A stretch of DNA of 64,000 nucleotides from an uncultured delta proteobacterium. GTDB lineage: Bacteria > Desulfobacterota > Desulfomonilia > UBA1062. The position numbers were made by a program, and so were the translations under genes. The DNA lies in the NCBI GenBank assembly GCA_963798485.1, contig CAWCTR010000014.1:320001-384000 (forward strand), read 5' to 3'. The notes under the pieces are model-generated. The model worked only from the letters and a program-made list of their open reading frames with translations, had not been told where the DNA came from and made no database searches. Positions 20,732 through 30,182 of this stretch are shown here, piece by piece (position 1 is the first letter of the stretch; each line of letters opens with the position of its first letter).

Positions 20732-21691
20732 TCAATTGCCCGTACTATAGCTCATTATCAAATGATGCACAGTGATGCCGTCAATTGCAACCGGGCCGAA
20801 ATTGGTTCCTCCGAGGTTCACCGATTGAGCCCTGATGGTGCCTTGCATGGGGAGGTTGAGGACCACAGCTGTGGAGGTTCCATCGGGGGATGACCCCACA
20901 TCAAAAGTCGCCGGGTTCGGGGCCGTGTCGGAATCGCTGCTAACAGGGATGTTGCCGCCGACGATATCTCCGATGCGGAAGTTCCCGGAAAATGCCCATG
21001 TCGAGGGGTCTTCCGGGGCACCGGCCGCACTCTGTGAGAGATGGATGCCTGCCACATTAAGTAAACCCGCGCTCGTATTCGTATTATTATAAGCATAGTT
21101 AAAATTCTGCAACGACCATTGTGCGAGATATTCAAATTCGATCCCGGAACTCCCTGCCCCGTGTGACGTAATGTTCAGCAGGGAAGGACCGACCGTTTTT
21201 ATATCAAAGTTGAGGCTGCCAAGATCCTGGGAGCAGAACACCAGATTTCCGATATTCCATGTTTGAGGGTACGTGTTATCGGAACTGGATATAGAGAGCA
21301 CCGTCCTTGTTTGGCTATCATTATTGGTAATGGTCTCGATATCTATGGAGTTGAAATGGTAGTAGGGGAATGCGCCGGAGTCGATTATGTCATTCGTTTC
21401 ATCCCACGAGCCGGATATGGTGAGATTGTTGAACTCCAGCCAGTTCAAAGGGCTGCTGTCCGTATCGGAGATCTTAAAGATTGCAGCACTGATAGTGTAC
21501 GCAGAGTCTCCCCAGTTGTACGAGATGCCGGCCTGTGCCGAAATCTGGGAAAGCTCACTATCGTCCACGGCTTTCATCCCGGCATACAGGGTGGAACAGG
21601 GAAGAAGAGTAATGACTATAAATGCGCTTAAGCTTAAATAGATGGCCCTGGATGTAAGTATGAGCTTGCGATAATTCATGTTCTCGTTCAT
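20732..21691 (-). CDS. Secreted FilA/DUF6160-like putative minor filament subunit
   Basis: Signal peptide followed by MKAVDDSELSQISAQAGI; Ser/Thr/Asn/Gly-rich beta sequence; C-terminal NFGPVAIDGI. Confidence 0.6.
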   Translation of the reverse strand: MNENMNYRKLILTSRAIYLSLSAFIVITLLPCSTLYAGMKAVDDSELSQISAQAGISYNWGDSAYTISAAIFKISDTDSSPLNWLEFNNLTISGSWDETNDIIDSGAFPYYHFNSIDIETITNNDSQTRTVLSISSSDNTYPQTWNIGNLVFCSQDLGSLNFDIKTVGPSLLNITSHGAGSSGIEFEYLAQWSLQNFNYAYNNTNTSAGLLNVAGIHLSQSAAGAPEDPSTWAFSGNFRIGDIVGGNIPVSSDSDTAPNPATFDVGSSPDGTSTAVVLNLPMQGTIRAQSVNLGGTNFGPVAIDGITVHHLIMSYSTGN

Positions 21692-21759
21692 CCTCTCATG
21701 ACCTTAGGCATGTTCTGTTCCGTCAACCTCTTCCACAACACTTGATCAATTCATTCTAT

Positions 21760-21800
21760 AAAGAAAAGAAAGGAAACCGGGTAAACCCCGGTCTCCTTTC
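21760..21800 (-). terminator. Rho-independent terminator after the putative major subunit gene
   Basis: Minus strand reads GAAAGGAGACCGGG-gttta-CCCGGTTTCCTTTC followed by TTTTCTTT. Confidence 0.75.
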
Positions 21801-21815
21801 TGAATACTGACTAAA

Positions 21816-23127
21816 TTAGTGGGCCCAGATGTCTACCCAGCTGCCAGCATGGATATCAAACCCGAAGTGTGACAGATAGATGTCACCAAGGGTTGTCGTT
21901 CCAGGACCGGCTGCAAAGTTAGAAGCATTAGACAGCTGAACTGCCGCTGTGACAGGTCCGCCGACATCAATCATGAACTCGGTCGGGAAGGAGATGTGGA
22001 CCACGGTAACCGGATTAACTGTAGAAGGCATACCGGCTGCAGCGAGACCAGCCTGTATGGCGTCCAGAGGCGTACCATTCGGTATTGTGCCAACAGTACT
22101 GTACTGCTCGAAACCTAATCCTGCGAGCACTGCCTGTACCGTTGTTTCACTCTTGTAGAATCCTGTAGGAACACTCAGAACCGTATTGCCATCCATGAAG
22201 CTAATAATCGCCGGGAGCTGTGCATAGATACCCTTTGCGGAGGTGTTAATATCAATGCCAACTGTCCCGTTGATGGCGATCGACCCAATATTCAACTGGG
22301 TGAGGCCGATATAACCAGCTGCATTATCATTCATCCAGTCGGTGCCAGTAAACTTATCAATCGCCTGGCCTGATGGTCCGCCTACGCCGTTGGTTATACC
22401 ATCTTCGTCACTCCACCCCAAATAGGTCAGGTCGAGTTTGTCGATGGTTACATTAATAGCAAACTGTACGCCCGAGGTGTTGCCTGCCGCTTACCGAAGC
22501 AGGAGAGTAAATGTCAACATAGCTCCAGGGGTTGATGTACATGGAGAAACCACCCAATTCGACATCGCCGAGGTTCTGGGCGGAAGCTGTATTGATATCA
22601 TCCGTCGCAGCACCAGTGTTGCGCTGATACAGATTGATATCAAAGGTCATCGATGCCACTGAAATCTCAAGAGCGCCAAGGCCGAAACGGACAAATGTCG
22701 TGCCAGCGGGCAAGTTCTCAGTTACACCAGACACACCCCAAGAAGGAGTGGTGGTTACTGACAACGGGGCATTGACGGTCGCCACGTCGATGGTGATCGG
22801 CTTCAGCATCATGGTGTTATAGCCGCCGTAGGTGTCACTAGTCTCCATACGAGCTTCTATTGTCAGGTTGGTGAGGTTGAAGTTGTTGATTCCGATATAA
22901 CCACCGCTTGAGCCAGCAGGTACGGTCCATGGGTTGAAAATACTGGTGATACCATCTGAGTCGCCCCAGGCCATGGTTCCGATGTAGACGTTCATTGATA
23001 CATTGGCGTTGATGTTCACGCCAGCCTGACCGGTTACATTAGATAGATCATTATCTGCAACCGGGGTCATTGCCCATACTGAAAGGGGCAGGAGAAGAAT
23101 AGCCAGAATTGTCAATACTCTCTTCAT
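21816..23127 (-). pseudogene. FilA/DUF6160-like putative major filament subunit with two internal repeats, split by a 1-nt frameshift (true pseudogene or sequencing error)
   Basis: GGAGG RBS and ATG at 23127; MKRVLTILAILLLPLSVWA signal then MTPVADNDLSNVTGQAGV. Removing one A at ~22491 (gta a gcg) joins both ORFs into ~436 aa with duplicated GV...W.D.DG / GYIG / LGD...VDI motifs. Confidence 0.7.
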
Positions 23128-23385
23128 AACGTATTTGCCTCCATTTGTTATTTTTTTCTTAGCTGCTAAGTTCTTAAACAACTTTCTTTGATACCGTTCA
23201 TGATCGTTTTATGTCCGCTCTTCCCTGGCATCACCCCCTTTATATATTTTTGTATTATGGAAAAGCACAGGGGCGGGAGAATAAACGGCAACAATACCCT
23301 CTCCCGATTGCACTGCATTGGTAGTATCTCTCATCATATACACCCTGTGTGCTTTCATAACCTCTCTACTCACGTCCTTCTCTCC

Positions 23386-24105
23386 TCAAGGTGCGGGTGT
23401 GATCGTGGCATTGTTCCAATAGAACCACCAGCCCTTCTGCGGCCCGCTCGCTGAGAGTTGCATATAAAATTCGGAATTAGTGCTGGTGATCGTTGCCGTG
23501 CCCAGGTTAGCCCTGGTTCCTTCATAGACCAAGGTACCGGGGGTGCCGAGAGTATTGGAGGTACCGGGGCTCCCGCCGTTCTCAATCCGCCCGGAAAATG
23601 AGTTAAAATCGGCGCTTATGGGGCCGGTCATCGAAGGGGAGCCGACTCTGAGACTATTGAGGGTTCTTGCTGTATTGTCGGTAATATTTGTAAAATTTGC
23701 CTCGATATAAACCCCATTGCATACAAGATCTTGTGTCGGCGACCCCAGTGAAACATTTGTCCAGGCTTCATCCCACCCAAGTGATGTGCCGTTGTTATAA
23801 TAACCCATCTTCAGGGAATCGATCTGGGTGAATGTCTGCGCCTGGATATTTAAATAGGCCCTGGTGACATTATCAGTCATGGTGAAGCTGGAAAAGCCGG
23901 CAGCTGTAACATCAGAGAGCTCATTATCGTTCATCTGCACCATAGAACAATTATAGGCTTGCTGTCTGTCAAGTATGTAATCATGAGCTACCATATCTGT
24001 ATCCACAGTCTTCTCCGCTGCATAACCGGGCACTGCCGTTATGATGAATACAAACGTTGCCGCAACAAGTACCAACCAACCTCTCTTCAATAAATTCCAA
24101 TTCAT
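23386..24105 (-). CDS. Secreted protein with FilA-like leader motif (first gene of the operon)
   Basis: GAGGT RBS, MNWNLLKRGWLVLVAATFVFIITAVPGYA signal peptide, then MNDNELSDVTAAG; Thr/Ser/Asn-rich. Confidence 0.65.
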   Translation of the reverse strand: MNWNLLKRGWLVLVAATFVFIITAVPGYAAEKTVDTDMVAHDYILDRQQAYNCSMVQMNDNELSDVTAAGFSSFTMTDNVTRAYLNIQAQTFTQIDSLKMGYYNNGTSLGWDEAWTNVSLGSPTQDLVCNGVYIEANFTNITDNTARTLNSLRVGSPSMTGPISADFNSFSGRIENGGSPGTSNTLGTPGTLVYEGTRANLGTATITSTNSEFYMQLSASGPQKGWWFYWNNATITPAP

Positions 24106-24159
24106 GTCATGTACCTCAGTGCTTAATGGGCATCTGATCGTCATACGCCCATAGTAACA

Positions 24160-24174
24160 GCAATAAGCATGCCA
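24160..24174 (-). promoter_or_regulatory. sigma54 (-24/-12) promoter for the filament operon
   Basis: TGGCAT-GCTTA-TTGC, with exact GG-N10-GC spacing, ~55 nt upstream of the ATG at 24105. Confidence 0.75.
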
Positions 24175-24190
24175 TATAATACTGTCTATA

Positions 24191-24271
24191 TTTCAATAAG
24201 TTATCATCTATAGGATCTGTGGTTTCAGGGAAAATGGAAAGTTATTTCCACACACCCGAGAAAACATTTTC
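24191..24271. promoter_or_regulatory. Putative IHF site plus two palindromic enhancer (UAS) boxes
   Basis: TTTCAATAAGTTA (IHF-like) at 24191; GAAA-N4-TTTC at 24237 and 24260, the first extending to TGGAAA-gtta-TTTCCA. Confidence 0.45.
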
Positions 24272-24327
24272 ATCTAAAGTGTGTGCTTTACTTTATAAAC
24301 TCAGCAAGCCCGCTGAAGGAATAAGAT

Positions 24328-25155
24328 TCATCTATCATTCGTTGCGCCGATAGTAAGCGTCTTCTTCGGAACGCTGATCCCCTCGCTGTCGGACTGCAGC
24401 ACATAGGCGGCAAGTCCGGTGAGATCGATTGAATTATTCAGCTTGAGTGTCACATCGTATATGTTGTGGGGTTTATTATCTAAGGGACTATAGTAGATCA
24501 CAATGGTTCCGTTGAAGGTGTTACCGTGACTGTCTTTACCAGATATGACTGCCCCTTTTGTATCAGTAGTATCGGGCGTTATTGTTAATGTAACGGTGTT
24601 GTTCTGCTGAAAGGACTTATTAATCTCCCACTGCCCTTTAATATTGTTTATATTTGGTGTGACATCGTAGGTAGTGTTGTAATATAAAAGAAACTCCCCG
24701 TTTTCCGATTTTGATTTATAACTATAAGCGCCAAAGGGTGGGCCCCCCAAAACCCTCTTCGTGGATGCAGGAGCAAAGATATATACGGATTGAAGTGGCA
24801 TGGTGCGGTAATCGGGCCCGCTGGTGTTCCAGGAACAGTCATCAAGATAACCGGTAAAGATAGCGCTGTCAGGCGTTTCCGTCAGATAGGATCCGTCCGG
24901 GCTGATAAATTGCTTATATTGGTTGTATTGGTCCTGACCGATTAACCTTCCGGAATAATTATCATTATCGTCTGTTGTGAAGATTCCCACTACGAACGTA
25001 GTGCCCATGTACCCAAGCCACACACCTGATATATCCTGTTTCTCATAGGGCTCAGTAATGTTGCTGATATTGCTGCTTGAACTGCAACCGGCAATCAAGG
25101 GCATCGACACCACCAGAAGGGCAAATAACCATTTATTTTTTCTGACTCTAGTCAT
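24328..25155 (-). CDS. Lipoprotein of unknown function
   Basis: Lipobox LIAG-C then SSSS; two GxWxG-type beta repeats (ISGVWLG, IKGQWEI). The C terminus may be frameshifted, with an alternative end at 24288. Confidence 0.7.
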   Translation of the reverse strand: MTRVRKNKWLFALLVVSMPLIAGCSSSSNISNITEPYEKQDISGVWLGYMGTTFVVGIFTTDDNDNYSGRLIGQDQYNQYKQFISPDGSYLTETPDSAIFTGYLDDCSWNTSGPDYRTMPLQSVYIFAPASTKRVLGGPPFGAYSYKSKSENGEFLLYYNTTYDVTPNINNIKGQWEINKSFQQNNTVTLTITPDTTDTKGAVISGKDSHGNTFNGTIVIYYSPLDNKPHNIYDVTLKLNNSIDLTGLAAYVLQSDSEGISVPKKTLTIGATNDR

Positions 25156-25382
25156 CTCATTCCCTCCTTATTCGAGAGAGATTATTAAGTATGTATTGTT
25201 TAGTATTTATCAGAAACAACGGGATCATTCCAGGTAATATTCGTAAAAGCATCTACTAAAAATGGTCTCTTTATATGCATTTATTTTCCTCCATTTGAGA
25301 GTATCTTTTCCTATACACATCACCTAATGATAGTGGCATTAAAATTTATTTCATGATATCAATACACTGAAAATTATCTTGC

Positions 25383-25398
25383 TGGAATATTTTTTGCT
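25383..25398 (+). promoter_or_regulatory. Putative sigma54 promoter
   Basis: TGGAAT-ATTTT-TTGCT with GG-N10-GC spacing, upstream of ATG 25508. Confidence 0.45.
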
Positions 25399-25507
25399 AC
25401 ATAAAATATTTGATTAACTGAACTGACAATAATACTTGGTCATTATTATATGGTATAATGTAATTAATAATGACTATTCGTTGGACCATGGCTCAGGAGG
25501 CGGGAGA

Positions 25508-26338
25508 ATGAAGAAGGTTATTGTATTTGCATCGTTTTTGATATTATCTTCAACCCATATTATCTCAGCCTCAGAAGGGGACCAGCTTCCCGAATCAACC
25601 ATGGAGGGGCAAACAATCTCAAGTCAGTTGTCATCACCAACAACCGATCTCAATGATACCTTATTACCCGCCCCTTCCGACACCCAGGCAAATGACATTA
25701 CAAAGCCCCAGGAGGATCTTTCCCATGAAGGGCTTACTTCGGCCCCTCAAAACAAGGGGTTCTTACAATTATTTAATATATTAAATATATTCAATTTATT
25801 CAAGACCAGCAAGACAACGCAACCCGTACAACCGGCTATTACAAAAGGCGAACTTGCCGCATCCAAGGAACCGGGCACAGCTTCCCTGCCCGGTGTCGAT
25901 CTCAAGGATAACAATGAACAAGCGCCCCAGGCCGTTCCGGATGAGCTTACCCACAAGGTCCTTTCCTCTGAGATTCAAGGGAAAGGCGCATTCGGCTTTA
26001 TTAAGCCTGATGATACCATGCCATTACCCGTTCCGGCCGCGGCACCAAATCAAGGAACACGGGCTGCAGGGCTAACCTCCACTTCCGGATCTGATGGGTG
26101 GAAAGCTGATTTCATGAACTCATCCCAGAGTGACCCTGATGATATTTCTCATCAATCTCTCGCAACAGGACTTCAAGGCAACGATATAATGACTATCTTT
26201 TCTGCCGGTAATACAGCCGATAACCAGACCATATCGGTCCAGCCGTATTCGGTAAAAGGCACTGCATTACCTGATATTCTCTCAAAAAACAGCCGGACCC
26301 TTGTCGCCCAGGCCGGAACAGAAGAGCTGTCCCATTAG
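25508..26338 (+). CDS. Secreted low-complexity Ser/Thr/Pro/Gln-rich protein (probably the N-terminal part of the downstream OMP)
   Basis: MKKVIVFASFLILSSTHIISA signal peptide; ends at a TAG that is in frame with ORF 26375. Confidence 0.55.
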   Translation: MKKVIVFASFLILSSTHIISASEGDQLPESTMEGQTISSQLSSPTTDLNDTLLPAPSDTQANDITKPQEDLSHEGLTSAPQNKGFLQLFNILNIFNLFKTSKTTQPVQPAITKGELAASKEPGTASLPGVDLKDNNEQAPQAVPDELTHKVLSSEIQGKGAFGFIKPDDTMPLPVPAAAPNQGTRAAGLTSTSGSDGWKADFMNSSQSDPDDISHQSLATGLQGNDIMTIFSAGNTADNQTISVQPYSVKGTALPDILSKNSRTLVAQAGTEELSH

Positions 26339-26374
26339 GCACTCGCAGTTGCTATTCCTACACAGGATAAAGAC

Positions 26375-27184
26375 ATGTTCTATTTTATCAAGACCAGCGG
26401 GGCAGTTCCTCTCCTGGATAAATCCTTTCGTCAATTCTTGGATTATGGTGCCTCCGTGTCTTTGGGCGCAGGGAAACATATCGGTGAGAACCTATCCGTA
26501 AGTGTCTCTCTCGATATAGTCATGCTTACCGGCGACTGGTCGATAGCGGGTGATAGACAATCCATCGAAATCGCCACAGAGTCATGGGACCCGACGACAT
26601 CTGGCCAGGCTGGTCAGACCACTGTCTATGCCGAAGATCTCCCTGTGGCAAATGAAGGGATAGGTTATAGCAGCGGGAAAGACGTTACGATCGTCAGTGC
26701 CGAATCCCTGAAACGGATTGATGTGCATACCGACCTCTATCTATTTCCCGTCACAATAAATGCACTCTACAAATTTCAGCCGATAGGCAAGATATCTCCC
26801 TATGTAGGCGGTGGGATTGGATACTGTCTGGCAACCCGTGACTCGGACAGCAGTGCCCTTAAGAGCAAGTATTTTCAAGGCCCTGATTACAATATCACCT
26901 TTAATAACTCCCAGACATCGAAGGGCATGCTCCTCAATCTCCTGGGTGGTGTTAGTATCCCTGTTTACCAAAATCTGACATTCGTGGCAGAGGCAAATAC
27001 GACCTGGTATAATCTGAAAACCTTCGACCCTATCCTGGAGATCACTATTAAGACACCACAAAACCCCGCTAATCTTGGAGGTAATGACGTCACCACATAT
27101 AGTTATGAAACCCCCAAGCGTATCGGGGTGTTTACCCAGGAATTTGTAGGGAACTTCTCTGTCGGCCTTGTGATGCCGTTTTGA
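26375..27184 (+). CDS. OmpW/OMP beta-barrel domain
   Basis: PVTINALYKF...ISPYVGGGIGY and C-terminal FSVGLVMPF; lacks its own signal peptide. Confidence 0.7.
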   Translation: MFYFIKTSGAVPLLDKSFRQFLDYGASVSLGAGKHIGENLSVSVSLDIVMLTGDWSIAGDRQSIEIATESWDPTTSGQAGQTTVYAEDLPVANEGIGYSSGKDVTIVSAESLKRIDVHTDLYLFPVTINALYKFQPIGKISPYVGGGIGYCLATRDSDSSALKSKYFQGPDYNITFNNSQTSKGMLLNLLGGVSIPVYQNLTFVAEANTTWYNLKTFDPILEITIKTPQNPANLGGNDVTTYSYETPKRIGVFTQEFVGNFSVGLVMPF

Positions 27185-27368
27185 CAGGATCAGGGCAAAC
27201 TCCTACAGGGCATGGGCATATCTAACCATGTTAATCTTTCCTTATCTGCAACTTCCCGTGTATACTACATATATCCTATAAGATTTGGATACTATCAATG
27301 TGTGATTGAAAATAGATCTATAATTCTATAATTAAGAGGTTATTTTCTCTTACCTGGAGGAAACGCTG

Positions 27369-30182
27369 ATGCCTGAGAAACCAACATCTCATGAGGTACC
27401 TGTTGCGATGATCAGTAATGAGAAGCCATTTCTTAAGGAAGATGATCTACGCATTAAAGACTATGCTATCGCTTCTTCCATAAGTGGCATCGCCATTGGA
27501 AGCCTTGGCGGTGTGGTCACGTATGTGAATAATGCCGCTCTTAAAATGTGGGGGAGCGATGACCCGGCTGAAATAATCGGTAAACCTGCGACCGTATTTG
27601 CGCAGTCCGAGCAGGAGGCGCTCAGCATAATGCAGACGGTCCTTGAAGAGGGTGAGTGGTCGGGTGAGATTACCGGGAGGCGGAAAAACGGCTTACCCAT
27701 TATCGTACTCCTCTCTGCAAACCTCGTTCGAAATGAGACCAATAACCCTGTATGCATGATATGCTCCTTCATGGATATAACAGACCGGAAACACATTGAA
27801 GAAGAGCTCCGGATCAAGGAAAGCGCCATAGCATCCTCCATTAATGGAATAGCCATCGGTGACCTCTTGGGGAATGTAACTTATATTAACAATGCCGCCC
27901 TTGCTATGTGGGGTTCCAATGACCCGACGGACATCATCGGCAAGCATGTAACCGTCTTTGCCCAGTCCGAGGAAGAGGCCCTTCAAATCATGCATACTGT
28001 CCTTGAGAAAGGGCATTGGTCAGGAGAGATTACCGGGAAAAAAATGGATGATTCGCCTATTACCGTACATCTTTCCGCAAGCCTTGTTCGAAATGAAAAA
28101 GGTGAGCCTATCAACCTGATGTGCTCCTTCATCGATATCTCGGACCGCAAACGAATAGATAATGAGCTTCGAATCAAAGACTGTGCCATAGCCTCCTCCC
28201 TCAATGGCATCGGTATCGGTGATCTTGAGGGCAACACTATGTATGTAAACGCAGCGGCACTAAAAATGTGGGGTGCGGATGACCCTTCAGAGATTATTGG
28301 AAGGTCGCCATTGGACTTCGCGGATTCACAGGAAGAAGCCCTAAGGGTATTCGAAGAATTTATGGAAAAGGGCGGATGGTCAGGTGAGATTACGGGAAGA
28401 AAAAAAGATGGCTCGCTGATTACTGTGCTTCTCACTGCAAGCATAGTTCGCGATGAAAAGGGTGAGCCTATCTGCACTATGGACTCCTTTGTCGATATCA
28501 CTGAGCGAAAACGCATGGAAGAAGAACTCCGGATCAAGGACTATGCCATAGCCTCCTCAATTGATGGCATCGGCATCAGCGATCTTGAGGGCAACATTAT
28601 CTATGTGAACAAGGCTGCCCTAAAGATGTGGGGGGCCAAAGATGATTCGGAGATTCTCGGTACCTCTGTGCTCAGCTTGGCGCAGTCAGAAGAAGATGCC
28701 CTTGAAATTTACCAGACCGTCTTCGAAAAAGGGAGTTGGTCAGGAGAGGCCTCAGGCTATCGAAAGGACGGCTCCCCCATAACCGTACATATATCAGCGA
28801 GTCTCGTGCGTAACGAAAAGGGCGAACCTATCTGTTTGATGGACTCCTTTGTGGACATCACTGATCGCAAGCGAATGGAGGAGGAACTCAAGATCAAGGA
28901 TTTCGCCATAACATCCTCCATTGTCGGCATAGGCATCACTGACCTGGAAGGCAATATCATTTATGTGAATGAGGCATCGCTTAAGATGTGGGGCGCCGAG
29001 GATCCATCGGAGGTAATCGGTACCTCTGCATTCAACCTTGCTGAATCACAGGAAGAGGCCATTGAGATTTACCAGACGGTCTGGGAGAAGGGAAGCTGGT
29101 CCGGTGAAGTTTCGGGCTATCGGAAGGATGGATCCCCCATTACTATCCACCTCTCTGTAAACCTTGTGCGCAACGAAAAAGGCGAGCCCATATGTGGAAT
29201 GGATTCATTCCTGGACATCACTGATCGCAAGCGAATGGAGGAGGAACTCAAGATCAAGGATTTCGCCATAGCATCCTCCATTAATGGAATCGCCATCGGT
29301 GACCTCGAAGGTAACATCACCTATGTCAATGACTCCTTCATGCGGCTCTGGGGTGGCAAAAACCCTTCTGAAGTCACTGGTAAATCCGCCCTCTCGTTTG
29401 CCCAATCCGAGGAAGAGGCTGCGAGGATTTTCCAGATTGTTTCTGAATCGGGAAACTGGTTTGGCGAGATCATTGCCAAGAGGAAAGACGGCAAACTCCT
29501 TGCCCTGCAACTCACCGCAAGCATGGTGAAAAATGATGACGGCAAACCAATCTGCCTTATGTGTTCCTTCATTGATATCACTGAGCGCAAAATCACGGAG
29601 CAAAAGCTCCAGAGGGCATATGAGAGCCTTGAACATCGGGTGGAAGAGAGGACCGAGGAACTCGTCAAGGCCAACATTCGGTTAAAGAAAGAGATAGAAG
29701 AACGAAAACTGGCAGAACAAAACCTCATTGCGAAGGAAGAGGAATTGAGTCTTAAATCAATCCATTTGGAAGAGGCCAATACGGCCCTCAAGGTGCTCCT
29801 CAAGCATGGTGAGCAGGACAAGAGTGAGCTTGAGGAAAAGGTGCTTTCAAATATTAAGGAACTTGCACTTCCCTATCTTGAAAAGATTAAAATGGGCGCC
29901 CTGGATGAGAAGCAGAGGACTTATCTGGAAATCCTGGAATCGAACCTTAATGACATCATCTCGCCCTTTTTGAAAAAACTCTCATCTCAGTATCTCAATC
30001 TTACCCCGACAGAGATTCTGGTAGCTAACCTTATTCGTGAAGGGAAATCCACAAAGGAAATTGCAGACGTTCTGAGTATTTCTGAAAGGGCCATCGAGTT
30101 TCACCGCAACAACATAAGGGAAAAGCTTGGTCTGAAGAAAGCAAAGACCAACTTAAGGTCCTATCTTCTGACCTTGAGCTGA
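27369..30182 (+). CDS. One-component regulator: six tandem PAS/PAC domains + coiled coil + LuxR HTH
   Basis: 120-aa repeats (ELRIKD.AIASSI.GI.I.DL.GN..YVN...W.GE...DIT.RK); C-terminal LTPTEILVANLIREGKSTKEIA...HRNNIREKLG. Confidence 0.92.
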   Translation: MPEKPTSHEVPVAMISNEKPFLKEDDLRIKDYAIASSISGIAIGSLGGVVTYVNNAALKMWGSDDPAEIIGKPATVFAQSEQEALSIMQTVLEEGEWSGEITGRRKNGLPIIVLLSANLVRNETNNPVCMICSFMDITDRKHIEEELRIKESAIASSINGIAIGDLLGNVTYINNAALAMWGSNDPTDIIGKHVTVFAQSEEEALQIMHTVLEKGHWSGEITGKKMDDSPITVHLSASLVRNEKGEPINLMCSFIDISDRKRIDNELRIKDCAIASSLNGIGIGDLEGNTMYVNAAALKMWGADDPSEIIGRSPLDFADSQEEALRVFEEFMEKGGWSGEITGRKKDGSLITVLLTASIVRDEKGEPICTMDSFVDITERKRMEEELRIKDYAIASSIDGIGISDLEGNIIYVNKAALKMWGAKDDSEILGTSVLSLAQSEEDALEIYQTVFEKGSWSGEASGYRKDGSPITVHISASLVRNEKGEPICLMDSFVDITDRKRMEEELKIKDFAITSSIVGIGITDLEGNIIYVNEASLKMWGAEDPSEVIGTSAFNLAESQEEAIEIYQTVWEKGSWSGEVSGYRKDGSPITIHLSVNLVRNEKGEPICGMDSFLDITDRKRMEEELKIKDFAIASSINGIAIGDLEGNITYVNDSFMRLWGGKNPSEVTGKSALSFAQSEEEAARIFQIVSESGNWFGEIIAKRKDGKLLALQLTASMVKNDDGKPICLMCSFIDITERKITEQKLQRAYESLEHRVEERTEELVKANIRLKKEIEERKLAEQNLIAKEEELSLKSIHLEEANTALKVLLKHGEQDKSELEEKVLSNIKELALPYLEKIKMGALDEKQRTYLEILESNLNDIISPFLKKLSSQYLNLTPTEILVANLIREGKSTKEIADVLSISERAIEFHRNNIREKLGLKKAKTNLRSYLLTLS

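Noticed and set aside
27369-29600. Periodic repeats as a CRISPR or DGR-like array
   Set aside because: They are in-frame 360-bp PAS domain repeats; there are no spacers, cas genes or reverse transcriptase.
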